Shown one piece after another: positions 1 to 12,424 of a stretch of 64,000 nt of DNA. The stretch comes from Heteronotia binoei (taxonomy: Eukaryota). The stretch is taken from the NCBI RefSeq assembly GCF_032191835.1, contig NC_083228.1, positions 122,388,001-122,452,000 on the forward strand, in the 5' to 3' direction. How positions within the stretch are numbered: position 1 is the stretch's first letter; every line of letters begins with the position of its first letter. The notes under the pieces were generated by a model. The model was not told where the DNA came from, made no database searches, and was given only the letters and a program-made list of their open reading frames with translations. A program made the translations under genes and the position numbers.

Positions 1-1044
1 AAAGAGAAACAGCCACAAGTAATCCTGCGAGGGGGAGGGGGAATGTTCGCATGCATTAGGGCTACCACAGGAAGAGTCATTATTGGCAATCACTGCAATA
101 TATATTGACACAGATGTAAGTGTAAGACTGACATACGCAACAGAGCAATTATCTTGCACAAAACATAAAGAAATGCTAAAAACAAATGGCACTGTATTTT
201 CTCCTGACATTTCAAGTTTTAGGAGCCGCATCACCCTCATTACATCAGACAGACTAAACACAGATTCAATAAACACAGCAATAAAGCACCAGTGGTGACC
301 AGCAGCTGATCCTGGAAGAATAAGGAATTATCACATTTTCCATCTGCACTGAATACTCATGCTTTCTGAACAACTTCAGGGGTCTGTAAGCCTGCGATCC
401 CTTTAAACTTTGAACAAAAAAAGAGTCAATTTCATCTCTCTGAGGACTTTTACAAAACAAAGGTCCAGAAGAGAGGCTACACCAGTGCGCACAATAAGAA
501 AAACTGGTGCAGTGGGGAAAATATTTTATTAGACTTGACAACCCCTATGTGATTTGCTTATGCTTTGTTAGGGTTCCCCCAGCATCTTTTTGCAGCTCCA
601 GCATCTGCACATAACAGATTCTCTCTATGATGACATTTGAGAAACTCCAACTGGAGCTTAACTTCTTAGGAAATAGCCTCTCTTAGTACAAAAATGGGGG
701 GCAGATGCAGATTTTGGAACACTGAACATACATACTGAATATGATCCTTGGTCCATCAAAGTCAGTATTGTCTACTGAAATCAGACCATCAATGGCTCTC
801 CAGGATCTCAGGTACACGACTTTCACACCTACTGAGCCCATTCACGGGAAGGGCAGGATAAAAGTCTAAATAAATACATACATACATACTTGGTACTTTT
901 TATCTGAACATGTAGGGGATTAAGCCTATGGCCTTCTGCATGCCAAGCAGAGGCTCTTCTTCTGAGCCCCTCCCTCATACTCAGAACACCCAAGGGATGG
1001 AAAACTAAGATAATTGCAAAGGTATATGTTAAAATCACACAAAC

Positions 1045-1204
1045 CTTCAGTAATCATGTCCTCCACCTCAGTATCTGAGGAATTATCAGCATGCTTTGCA
1101 TTGTTCTGCAGTTCTGGCTCAACACAAGTAACATTCATCACCTGGCCCTCCACCAGGAGTCTTTTTTTTGCAGGCTGTTCGATCAGAAGAGACGAGCAAC
1201 TTAC
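1045..1204 (-). CDS. PHC3: PHC3 coding exon 11 (VSCSSLLIEQPAKKRLLVEGQ...SDTEVEDMITE)
   Basis: Acceptor taacag|GTA at 1205/1204, donor G|gtttgt at 1045/1044. 160 nt, in phase with exon 10. Peptide matches recalled human PHC3 VSRSSLLIEQPVKKR...HADNSSDTEMEDMIAE. Confidence 0.93.
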
Positions 1205-2568
1205 CTGTTACAACAGAAAGAGAAAATCATGACACAAGAAAATGATGGGCACTGCTTAAGAATAGTCTAGAAGTTTAGCTAGTGTAGGCCTGAAGATGCG
1301 TTCATTATTATTCACTGTTAAAAAGTTTATACCAGGATAGGTGCATACCCCAATCACGAAGAAAGGCATTGATTGCAGGCTGTTTTGGATCCTGCAACCC
1401 AAATTAGACCCAATGGGGGGAAAAAGATGAGATGAGCATGGTGGAATGAGAAGAGGAAGGGGCAAAGAAATCTGGTTTTCATTTGAAAAGCATCTTTCCT
1501 CATTTTGGATTTCCATTTGTGGCTTTTAAATGTTATGGGAAGATTTCCACACAAAGTGTGGCCACTATTGGTCCAGCAGGAGGCAGACCTTGGGCTGGCC
1601 TAGCTTGTTTAGTCTGGACTTCTTTGGCCTTTAAATCTTATGAGCTTCTTTTCCCCAATGATTTAATTATTGTAACTAGACTCATACTAGTTTCTTTAAT
1701 CACCCGTTTATATGCCTCCATCAAATTTTACAGGTATGTAAAAAAAACCCCCAACAACCAGGCACACAAGGTGTCAAATCTGCACTGAATAAGATGAAGG
1801 CCTGACTCTCTTTCAAGCTCAGAAGATGGCCTGCACATGAGTTGCATCTGACAGCTAACTTTAACAGCACTGTGCTCCTAGCAACAGGCTTGCTCAGTTA
1901 GTCCCAGCATATTCAGGAAGAGGGCCAAGCTTCCTTTGGGAAAGCCCATCTATCAGTGTGGCAACAAGTGAAGCATAACCATGTGACTGGAAACCAAGGA
2001 ATAGCAGAACAGATTCCATGTGTCCAATGAGACTCTGAGACTGTGTTTCTTAAACAGCTCACCCTCTATCCAAGACCAGGCCTCTTGAAACTGAAGGTGT
2101 CTCCAAAAGCAGCTTGTGACACAGCATGAGAAACTGCTGTTCAAAGAACAAAGTCAAAGATCTCACTAGGTGTGCGCAAGTCCTTGAGTGTGCTCAAAGA
2201 GTGTTTTTTGGATCCTGGCCATCATCCTATTCCCATGTTACCATATCCCTTCCCTCCTCTCTGGGGTAGAATGAATACATGTTCTTCTCTCATCAAAGTC
2301 GATGGCATGCAAGTAAAGGAAATCATTTTTAATATTTGGAGGCAACTAATCTAGACATGCTTAGAAAGCTGCTGCACAAATATTTATGGGGCATGAAAAT
2401 AACATCAATATATTGCTTTTAAAATGTCTAATTTCATTTTTCCCAATTATGGATCTTTTTGCCCCAACAACGTGCATATGTTTTCATCATTAATTCATTT
2501 TCAGAACAACAACAAAAAGATGAGTCTTTAAAATACAAAAGTAATTTTACATTTGGCTTAATCAAGAG

Positions 2569-3356
2569 TAGGGATGGGCACAAATTGAGAAAAATGAAGA
2601 TTATTTGAGACTCATGAACCTTCAAAAACCTTCCAGTTTACTAAACTGGTTCATTTCACGAGGTTTGTGATGTGGTAGAATGGCCTCCCTGTGGGCTAGC
2701 AATGCCAAACTCTCAACGAGTTTGTTTCTACCAAAGGGAAATTGCCCCCTCCCTTTCCTTCTGATCTTGTGATCCTCAACTTCTGGGCCTCCTGGGGTCT
2801 GCATTTTTGGCCTTGCCTCATCTGGTGCCCTCTGTCTGCTCCATAAGCTGGTTTTCCAGAACTCTTGCCGCTTCTATCAAAAGGAGATCACCCCCCTTTT
2901 CCTTCCAGTCTCATGATCCTAGACTTCCAGGCCTCCTGGGGTCCCCCCTTTTTGACCTGGCCTCATCTGCTGGCCTCCCTCTGACTGCCCCATGGGCTGG
3001 TTTCCTGAAGTTCCCACAGCCTCTGTACAAAGGAGATCACCTTTCCCTTTCTCTCCCAAGCCTCGGATCTCCACCTCCTCTCTCTCCTGCACTGCTGGTG
3101 GCACACACCCCTCCTCTCCCTCAATGCCTTCCACCACCAATCTGGGCTTTTACACCCCTGGGTTTCACAAGGGCCACTTGTGTTTGGTGTTTGGAGATCA
3201 GCACCAGTGTGTCTGCTGCACAAACTGCCAACACAAACCACACCTCTGTAAAAACCATGGAGGTTTGTGGGAGGTTCACTGCAGCTGCGATCATGTGACC
3301 CTTGGCTCACACACCGGGTGATTTTCATGATGAATTCAGGTTCATGCCCATCCCTA
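2569..3356. mobile_element. Non-autonomous hAT-type DNA transposon (MITE)
   Basis: Perfect 12-bp terminal inverted repeats (TIRs) TAGGGATGGGCA / TGCCCATCCCTA. Perfect 8-bp target-site duplication (TSD) ATCAAGAG at 2561-2568 and 3357-3364. Confidence 0.85.
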
Positions 3357-3987
3357 ATCAAGAGATAGTATGAATTTTTTTAAAAAATTAAAAGAGAGAT
3401 TTATTTTTTTAGAAAGCTAAATTGGTTCGAGACCAGCTCAGGGAGAATCTAATGCCCTTTTCAACCAAGCAGAATCAAACTTGTCTGGTCTACATGGCTG
3501 TTTTGTGATTGCCAAAGAGATAAACCAATTGGTCCTACCTTGTGGCTGTTTGCTGTCAAAACATCAAAAAGATGTAGATTAAAACAGCCCATAACCTCCA
3601 AAACATTCACTAATCTAATCCATTCACTGTATAGTTCAGAGATGCCTCTGCATTTGCCATCACAATCCCTCCATTCGACTCTGAGTGCCCGATCAGTGGT
3701 ACCTTCCTGCGCACCAATGAACACTCATGTCAAGGAGCTGTTCTCTGTGGCTAACCCATAACTGGGTAATTTCCTTCCTTGGAAATCTGCCCAAGCTATC
3801 TCTGAATATCGTTCAGGAGTGTAGCCAGTGTGTTTGTCTGGACTAACTTCTGGCAAGTGGCCTAACCTATAAGCATATGAAGCTGCCTTATACTGAGTAG
3901 ATCTATTGAGTCCAGTACCGTATATCCTAATGGGCAGTGGCTCTCTAGAATCCAATAAAGCTACTAACTGATCAGACACTGAACCTT

Positions 3988-4180
3988 GTACACAGAAAGA
4001 TTCCTTATACTGAATAAGACCTGGTCAATCAAGGTCCATAATATCCAGTCACACTGGCAGTAGCTCTCCAGGGTCTCAGGCAGAGGTCTTTCACATCAGC
4101 TACTAACTGGAGATGCTGGGGACTGGTATATTTTCCATATACCAAGCAGATGCTCTTATCACTAAGCTGCAGTCCCTCCC
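3988..4180 (-). mobile_element. tRNA-derived SINE, same family as 29122-29328
   Basis: Shared body agctctccagggtctcaggcagaggtctttcacatc. Confidence 0.7.
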
Positions 4181-4480
4181 TTTCTGCATGCGTGGGTCCT
4201 CCACTGCATTAAAATTGGGCTCCCAAGTTTTCTGGGTGGGGAGAGAGAACCCTTCTAAACAAGTAAGCAACAGTACTGCCAGCTTCAGTGAGTCAATTTC
4301 CCTTCAATTGTCTGATGGACAGCAATTACTAATAACAAGCTCAGTTTGTTGTCAAGTTATTCAGAGTAAAAAGCTTCAGTTAAGCAATAGCCCCGAACAA
4401 CCACAACATATTGCCTTTTGGATTAAAAAAAAAGAAAAAAGGTCACAGAAAAGTTGCTGAATGTTTCGCTTCACACTTAC

Positions 4481-4734
4481 AGGAAATGGTTCTAACCCCT
4501 CTTGGATCACAAAGCCCTCAATAACATGGGTCAGGATTTGTGGCTTAACGATAGCTTGTGGAGGTTTGTTTTCTATGCTAGGGTTCCTATTAGCCATTGA
4601 TGCGCTGTGACTCCTTGTGGCGACTGCTGGAAGCAAAAGAGGTGGTGGTGGAATAGAGGCATGTGAAGGGTCTGATGGTGATTTAATTACAGAAGCGCTG
4701 ACTGATGAGGCCACTGAAGAATGTCCCTCTTGTT
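4481..4734 (-). CDS. PHC3: PHC3 coding exon 10, containing homology domain 1 (KPPQAIVKPQILTHVIEGFVIQEG)
   Basis: Acceptor ttttcttccag| at 4735, donor CCT|gtaagt at 4480. 254 nt. Contains the polyhomeotic HD1 motif. Confidence 0.97.
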
Positions 4735-7635
4735 CTGGAAGAAAAGTAATGTTTTTAAATATATATAGAACTCAAGTGCCATCGTCTTCATAGTTACAGA
4801 AAGCATTACCTGCATTTGTGGGCCTTGCCACTATTGAGAACTCTTCCTAATACTGGTTTCATCAATTGAGGGGCAGTCAAGGTAACTGAGGCCATCCTGA
4901 TGCTTAGCTAAGAGCCCTGCAGCATCACATATGCAGACTGGAAAAACTGCACTGCACAGCCTTAACCTGCATAATGCAAAGCCTTAAAAATAACGTAACA
5001 CAGTTGCAATCTGCACAATGTAATTTAGGAGCTTAATTAATGCACCTGTTACACTGGCATCTAATATACTTGTGGGTGAAGGTATAGTATGCAAGGCCCA
5101 GCATATATGGTCATCTGTTTTCTTGCCTAAAGCAGTTCTTCTAGAGTAAGCACAGTCATAATTCAGGGATGGTTCACGCTCATTTCTTTGCTCCTTGTTT
5201 TAATAACCAGCCAGATGTTCTAATGTATACAGCCCAACTGAGAACCCAGTGACAAGTTCCTTTTCTTCCTACCTTTCTCTGTATCCCACTACTGGGTCAG
5301 TTCGATGGTCCATCTAGGCCAGCAGGAATAAGAAGAATGCTCCATTGCTACCTGTTCCCTGCCAACTTATGCCTGCCTGCAATTCAGGGAGAACCTAAAA
5401 GCAACCACATGTGCTCCACATTTGCCAACAGCATTTGATATTCTTGTCCTTTTGTTAATTTGTATGGTTGTTCTGGCATTACGATCACTTGATTTCATTT
5501 CTAAAACCAACGTCTGAGTCCAGTAGCGCTTTTAAGACCAACACAATTTAATTCTGGGCATAAGTTTTTATGAGCGTGCATGCTTCTTCAGAAAGCTTAT
5601 ACCAAGATTTAAACTTAAAGGTGCCACTGGACTCAAACTTTGTTCTGTTGCTTCAGACAAACATGGCTGCTCACCTGAATTTCTAAAACCACTTTGCGTT
5701 TTTAGGAAATTGCATTAAGAAAGGGAAGTGAGTTGTTGCCATCAAGCCCTCAGTATTGTTGGCCTCCCCCTGCTTCAATCTGGATGACAGGCCAGCTTCT
5801 GCCTGTCAGTTACCTGAGGCCAAGAAACAACCTCAAAGGTCTGAGGACTAGAAGGGCTAGTAGGCCTGTGCCTAACTGCATCACGCATATTGGAGAAGAA
5901 CAGGTCTGGGTAATCATGCTACAGATCAAGGCCTCTCAAACAATTAAACAAGGTACATTTAACCACAAAGGATTCTGCCGGCATAAGCGTTCCTGCCAAT
6001 AAAGCACTATGCCCGCATTAGCATTTCTTGCTAAAAGATTCTCAGTTGGGAGTGATCTGATTTGAAATGCTCTGACTTTCCTGCTGAAAGCCCAGCTTAT
6101 GGAGATAATCAAGGCTGCCTACAAACATGCCTTCTCTCCACCTAGATACCTGCCCTCTAATCTTTATTTGGAAATAATCCTGGCATCTTGACTGGACCTC
6201 CCTCCTCTTCCTCTGCAATCTTGTGGCATACCAGCTAGCTCTCCCTACCCACCTCCTTCTTGCCAAACTAGGGGGAAAATAATATTCAGTGTTTAACTCA
6301 GACCCCTTACTTTATAATAAATCTTCCTTCAAAATGAAGTTCTTAGGCACTCCCTCCGGCTTTGTGCGTGCCTTTGGTTACAGAAGCTTCCTGATTGACC
6401 CCCATCACCAACTTCTGCTTCTCTACTGACACTGAAATTGTACGGACTCTTCTCCTGCAATAATTTTTGGGATTGTGGGCTGCTTGGATGTTTGTGACCC
6501 TGACTTGGGAGCTGGACCTCTGTTTGAAACCTCCAGCAATAAGCCTCTGTGCCGCTCTCTTGCTTGACCTGTTTGGCTGCCTGCTTTGCACCTTGGCTTG
6601 ACATGGGCACTCCAGTGTCAGGTACCATAGTTGAATGCTTGGCATTATTGTGATTACTTGAATTTGCCAGTTCTCTAGTTGACAAGTCCCCAACATATTT
6701 GAGCCTCGGGCACCTATGGAATTTTGAAAAGGGGTGGGGGTGCCACCCAAAATGGCTGCCACAGGACTCAGAGCCAAACACAATACCTCCTTCATTATTT
6801 TGCAGAAAGGGAATTAAAAGAAACAAAAGAAATCTCAAGGGGAGGAAAGGAAAAAGAGATGGGGCAATTAAAAGTATAAGGGAACTAAAAGCATGAATGC
6901 CTACGAACCTCCAGTCCTCCAGTGGCAGCTGCTACTATTAAATTCATGCAAAACCCTTTCATTTGAATGATGGTATCCAATAGCCAGCCCTGCCTTAAAA
7001 GACCCTGCCCCCTTTCTGGAAGACTCGACTGGCGCCAGGGTGCCAATGGGCACCACTTTGAGGAGCCTTGCTTTACCTCATTGCTACTCTTGTTAATACA
7101 CATTTCACCACTTTGTCAGTAGATCACATTATAAGCCATTTGTGTGTGTCACTGCTCAGACTAGAGTGCTCTTTAAAATGGGAGTAGAACCCATTAGTAG
7201 AACCCAGTAGTTGCTCTTTGGAGTGAACAGCTGTGTTACAGAGGTTTTCTTCTTTATGGTTGAGCTATCTTGGTGTGCATTTGAGCTGAACTGGAAAGGA
7301 GGCAACATTTACACAGACACACTATATGATTCACACACAGTAACATGCATTGACAGTGGGTACCAGAATGTATTTCACATGTTGATAAGTTTGTCACGAA
7401 ACCATTTCACTATTTAATTTGGAGCTCATTCAATTACATCTTAAAATGTATTAAATGTAATATTAGTAATCAACCAAATGGATCTATAGCCCAAGTTGGG
7501 GATTGAAATGCAATGTAGGGTGTGAGGGTTAAAATATGAAGCAATGAGAATTGAATTGCACCTACAACTGTGATGTACTGTCAACACAGCTGACTAGAGA
7601 AGCTTGCAGTCAATTAGAATTTAGAAGTTCTAGAG

Positions 7636-7755
7636 CAGAAATGTCAAACTCATTTGTTATGAGGGCCAGATCTGATATGTGTCACTTTGTCAGGCTGGGC
7701 TATATGTTCCATAAAATGTAACATAAGATATCAGAGATATAAACCTTATAAAGAA
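7636..7755 (-). mobile_element. Terminal fragment of the same Charlie-like MITE family
   Basis: tgtcaaactcatttgttatgagggcc is a near reverse complement of the 33560-33594 end. Confidence 0.6.
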
Positions 7756-7985
7756 GATTTCAGATGCCAAATGGCAACAGCAGGCTTGATTGGATTAGGT
7801 GTGATATGCAGAAGGGTAGTAGGCATGGAGATATAAGCACAGGTAATGAGACAGGAAATCTAGTCTCAATTTGGTCCTGGTCCATTCAGTCCAGGAAAAT
7901 GCAAAGAATAAATGGACATAAGTCTAAAGAAGTGAACAGTGATTCATGAAGGCTCATACCCTACCACAAATTTTGTTAGTCTATA

Positions 7986-8262
7986 AAGAAGAAGAAGATA
8001 TTGGATTTATATCCCGCCCTCCACTCCGAAGAGTCTCAGAGCGGCTCACAATCTCCTTTACCTTCCTCCCCCACAACAGACACCCTGTGAGGTGGGTGGG
8101 GCTGGAGAGGGCTCTCACAGCAGCTGCCCTTTCAAGGACAACCTCTGCCAGAGCTATGGCTGACCCAAGGCCATGCTAGCAGGTGCAAGTGGAGGAGTGG
8201 GGAATCAAACCCGGTTCTCCCAGATAAGAGTCCGCACACTTAACCACTACACCAAACCCGGC
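7986..8262 (-). mobile_element. tRNA-derived SINE (Squam3-like), near full length
   Basis: Minus strand starts gtttggtgtagtggttaag (A box) ... gggtttgattccc (B box) and ends in a (TTC)n tail. Confidence 0.85.
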
Positions 8263-8671
8263 TCTAAGGTGCTACTTACTGGACTCATACTCTTTCTACT
8301 GCCATTATAAACTACAACATTCAAAAACCAGTGGGGGAACATTTTAGCCTTCCAGGACATTCAATTGCTGACCTAAAAGTAGCAGTTCTCTTACAAAGGA
8401 ATTTCAACAAAAGATTAGAAAGAATGATGAATTTTGGCTGATAATGAAGCTCAAGACAATATATCCTCCTGGAATCAACTGAGACCTAGGTTTCTTCTCT
8501 TGTTACCAATGCCTGCTATTGTCATTTGGCAATGGAATCACTCCACTCTCTAAGATACAAGGACAGACTGACTCACCTTCTAGCTGTATTAGAAGAAGTA
8601 AGCAGTGGCTCATGAAAGCTCATGCCCTACCACAAATTTTGCTAGATGTTAAAGTGCTACTAGACTCTTGC

Positions 8672-8910
8672 CAGTTTGGTGTAGTGGTTAAGTGCATGGA
8701 CTCTTATCTGGGAGAACCGGGTTTGATTCCCCACTCCTCCACTTGCAGCTGCTGGAATGACCTTGGGTCAGTCATAACTCTGTCAGAGCTCTCTCAGCCC
8801 CACCTACCTCACAGGGTGTGTTGTGTGGGGAAAGGAGATTGTAAGCCACTCTGAGACTCTTCCAGGTAGTGAAAGACAGGGTATAAATCCAATCTCTTTT
8901 TCTTCTTCTT
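8672..8910 (+). mobile_element. tRNA-derived SINE (Squam3-like), inverted relative to 7986-8262
   Basis: ccagtttggtgtagtggttaag...gggtttgattcccc...tataaatccaatctctttttcttcttc. Confidence 0.85.
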
Positions 8911-9909
8911 GCTTCCTTCCACTAATACAGATTGCAAGCTGTACTGTTAGGTTTCTTCCCCCTTCCCTCCCGTTCTGTTAGAACTGAAAAGGGGGATCTC
9001 TCTCTCTCTCCCTCTTGTGCTCTCTCTGGCTCTTTCACTCCCCTCCATCCCATTGAAGAAGTGTGCTTGCACAGGAAAGCTTATACCTGGACTAAAACTT
9101 TGTTTGTCTTAAAGGTGCCACAGGATTGTCTCTCTCTTCTCCCTCTTTGGCTCTTTGTCTCCCCCTCCCTTCCTCCCCGGAGGAGGGGGAGGAGCACAGC
9201 CAATCAATGGAAGGGAGTCTTGGCTTTCTTTCTCCCCTCTGCAAAGCAGGAAGCAGGAGAGGAGAGAGCTGAGCAAAAGGAAGCAGACGAGAGCCAGTTG
9301 TTTGTGGGATGAATAGGAGACCTGCAAAAGGCTGGTTCTGTCCCATGAGCCGTATGTTTGACACCTCTGCTCTAGAAGTCTCTTGAGCTCAGAACAACTG
9401 AAAATTGCAAGTAACTTGCCTTGGCTCAAGTAGCAAGACAAACAACTAAATCCTACTTGCTAATCCAGTATCTGCAGTTTCATATATTTGTCAATTACAT
9501 TTTTGTCCCACCCTTCTTCTAAAGATTTCAGTGTGGTGTCCATAGTCCTCCTGTCATCCATTTCATCTTCACAACAACCCTACGATGTTGGTCAGACTGA
9601 GAGACAGAGACTGAACTGTAGACACTGTCATCTTAAAGTGATCTAACACAGCACTCAAAAAGGCACAAGGGACAGGGCAAGAGTGCCTCAGGCCTCTGTG
9701 CAGAAAGCCCAATCAGGACTAAGCCCTTGCAGCATCGTCAAATCACTTTAAAAATGTGGTGGCATCCAGTCTAACCTGTGGATGCCGTCATGTCTAGTTT
9801 GACCCTCATTCACATAAAAACAAACGATGGATTGCCTGTTACCTCTGAATCAAGCCCTGAACACCAAAAGCTGCTGTAAGGAACCAAGAATCTCTATATG
9901 CTTTCTTAC

Positions 9910-10060
9910 CTGAAAAAGGCTCCTCATATGCAAGTTCTTCTCTGTTTTGTAAGGTGATGGCTGGTGGTGACAGGGTTGGTGGTGTCGGGGTCCTTGCCAT
10001 GCGGAGACATTCCGATTCCTCTGGCATCTCTTCCTCACACATATCCTCCACTTGATAAAT
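9910..10060 (-). CDS. PHC3: PHC3 coding exon 9 (IYQVEDMCEEEMPEES...EEPFS)
   Basis: Acceptor catgcag| at 10061, donor G|gtaaga at 9909. 151 nt. Matches recalled human YQVEDVCEEEMPEESDECVRMDRTPPPPTLSP. Confidence 0.95.
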
Positions 10061-11249
10061 CTGCATGAAATAAATCAGGCCGGTTAGAAGCACGACTTCC
10101 AGATATTATTTGAGATTTTTATACAAATCCTGGTTTGTGGGTTTTGTTTTCTTCTCTCCGTAGCCGGAAAGGATGTCCACAGAGAACAAGCCAGGATTAA
10201 ACCAGGAGTAAGTTAGGATGTTTGCATTCAGGTATCATGCAAACCCATAGTTTAAACTAACTGTTTAAGAGTTTACTTCTGAAATGCTCAACAACTAAGC
10301 CATGTTATATCGCAATATTGTTTGATGAACTGATCCAATCTGTTAACTGTGGTCGATAAATCCAACCAATCAACTTTGGTTTCTAGCTTCAGATTCTAGA
10401 TTAATGGACTCTAACTAAGCATAGTTTAATTAAATGAAAGTTTTGTGCAGTGCCTGAACTGAGTCAACATGTTGCAGTCTGCAACACTAGAATATAATTC
10501 ACAGGGCAGGGAGAGAGGAAAAATAATGCAACCACTCACAAATGCAGACTTCTCCAAACAAATAACAGATTGGATTTGTTCATCAAACAGTACTGCAATA
10601 TAACATATGGCTTAGTGGTTGAGCATTTCAGAAGTAAACTCAGAAACAATTTTACTGACTAAGCTGTGTAGAACACAACTTCATCCAAACAGCTTGAGAG
10701 GGATTAAACACCAATCACAGAAGCAAAACCTACAAAACTCACATGTGTCTTTTGCCAATTAAATTAATCCTTTTCTGGGACCGTAACAGCTGATCACCCT
10801 GAACTGTGTACACGATTTGCTATGTCCCATGTATAATGTGTTAGTTACAGAGACAATCTGGAAACACCATAATATATTTAAAATTGGGCTACTACCCCTA
10901 AAAGACTTCAGAAGGGGTCTTTACTGGAGGAAAGAGGAAGAAATTTTTTTTTAGTATAAATAAATGGGCCATAATTAATTTACCTGTTCATCAAGCTGGG
11001 TACAAAGCATTTTTAACCCAGATTACTCATTCATAATGGGAAAACTTGGAGAAAACCATAATGCTACTTATTAATTTAATATTAAAAGAAGCTCTAGAAT
11101 AGAATGCATTTAAATGTATTTGATGTACCTATATGAAACCTAATACATCCAAATTGTGAAACTGGTACGTTTCAAAGGAAAAACAGGTCTGCTTACAAAT
11201 CTTATCAGAGCCTATGTGTATAAATACAACCCAAAGCACCCTGAACCAG

Positions 11250-11439
11250 CTACTAGAATGGCCATGAGTCAGCCATAGCTCTCACAGAGCTGTCCTTGAA
11301 AAGGGTAGCTTCTGGGAGAGATCTCTACTTCACAGGGTGTTTGTTGTGGGGGAGAAAGGTAAAGGAGATTGTAAGCCAATATGAGACTCTGAGATTCAGA
11401 GTGAAGGGTGGGCTATAAATCCAGTATCATCATCTTCTT
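11250..11439 (+). mobile_element. 5'-truncated Squam3-like SINE
   Basis: Body and tail match 8672-8910. Confidence 0.7.
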
Positions 11440-11567
11440 GTACTGACAAACCTTATGAGAATGTGTGTGTGTGTGAATAAATAAAAAAAAAAGTATGACA
11501 TCTGACAACAAAGAATTCAATCTTCCTTCTAGCTTTGAACCCAGAAAGAAAGCTGTCAAAGGCTTAC

Positions 11568-12424
11568 CACTGGGGTCTCAACAGGTACTGCTGGTTGTAC
11601 TTGAAGGTTTACTGCAACTGTCTGGGGAGGAGGAAGACTCTGAAATGGCAGCTGGACCAAAGCTTCAGCAGCAGGTAGCTCCTCCTCAGAAACCAATGTA
11701 TTCTGTACCAAAACCTGACCCTGGGACAAAATTTCGGGTTGTAAAGACTGAACAGGTGGGAGAGGGAGTGGTTGACTATGGGCTGGAGATGCTGACAGCC
11801 GTGGAGAAGTTGCAACTGGGATTGGTGTGGGCTGCAAAACTGGATACTGTTGATGAGGTGTTGGAGATGTTATCTGGTGGCCTGTAGACATCACTGCAGG
11901 CTGATCGGCTGGTCCAATGTGTGCTACTGGGGAAGAAGAGAGCCGGGATGGAAGATTTATTGGCTGGGATACTGGTTCTGTTGAACCGTCACTGGCCTGT
12001 GCTAGGTTCTGCTCGGAGTGAAGCGCTGATGATGCTAGAGGATGTGATTGTGACTGAATAAGAGCTTGGGGGTGGATAATTATTGTGGGTGACTGGCTGG
12101 GTGAAGGAGGTGATGGAGGAGATACCACCACTGATTGCTGTGAGGACTGAGACGGAGGGGGAGATAGTGTAGGAGGAGAGGGATGGATCGACGTACAATG
12201 CTGTGATGGGGTACTGCTGGGCGGTGGAGGAAGAGCATGGCCTTGGAGTGGTATACAGTGCTGCGGTGGAGATGGTTCCTGACTAGGAGGAAGTTGGAGT
12301 GTGATTGGCTGAACCTGCTGCTGTTGGAAGATCAGCTGGTGGTGGGAAATTTTTGAAGGCTGGGAATGAACAGGGGACTGCTGATGCTTTAACAGAGAAT
12401 GAGGTGAAACTGGAGAATATGAAG
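11568..12424 (-). CDS. PHC3: PHC3 coding exon 8, Pro/Gln/Ser-rich (ASYSPVSPH...SEEELPAAEALVQLPFQ...ETPV)
   Basis: Acceptor catgcag| at 12425, donor GTG|gtaagc at 11567. 857 nt and open throughout. Contains SPSQSPTIIIHPQALIQ and QPEILSQGQVLVQN. Confidence 0.96.

Noticed and set aside
1-1044. Searched for the PHC3 FCS zinc-finger exon (LKCEFCGK) and SAM exons
   Set aside because: Not found; they should lie beyond the left edge of the window.
2807-3361. ORFs of 109-163 aa on both strands
   Set aside because: They lie within the TIR/TSD-bounded MITE and show no transposase or other recognisable motifs.
11495-11887. Antisense ORFs over PHC3 exon 8, the AKAP CDSs (e.g. 20784-21116, 37510-37971) and the CR1 copies
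   Set aside because: Shadow frames of real coding sequence.
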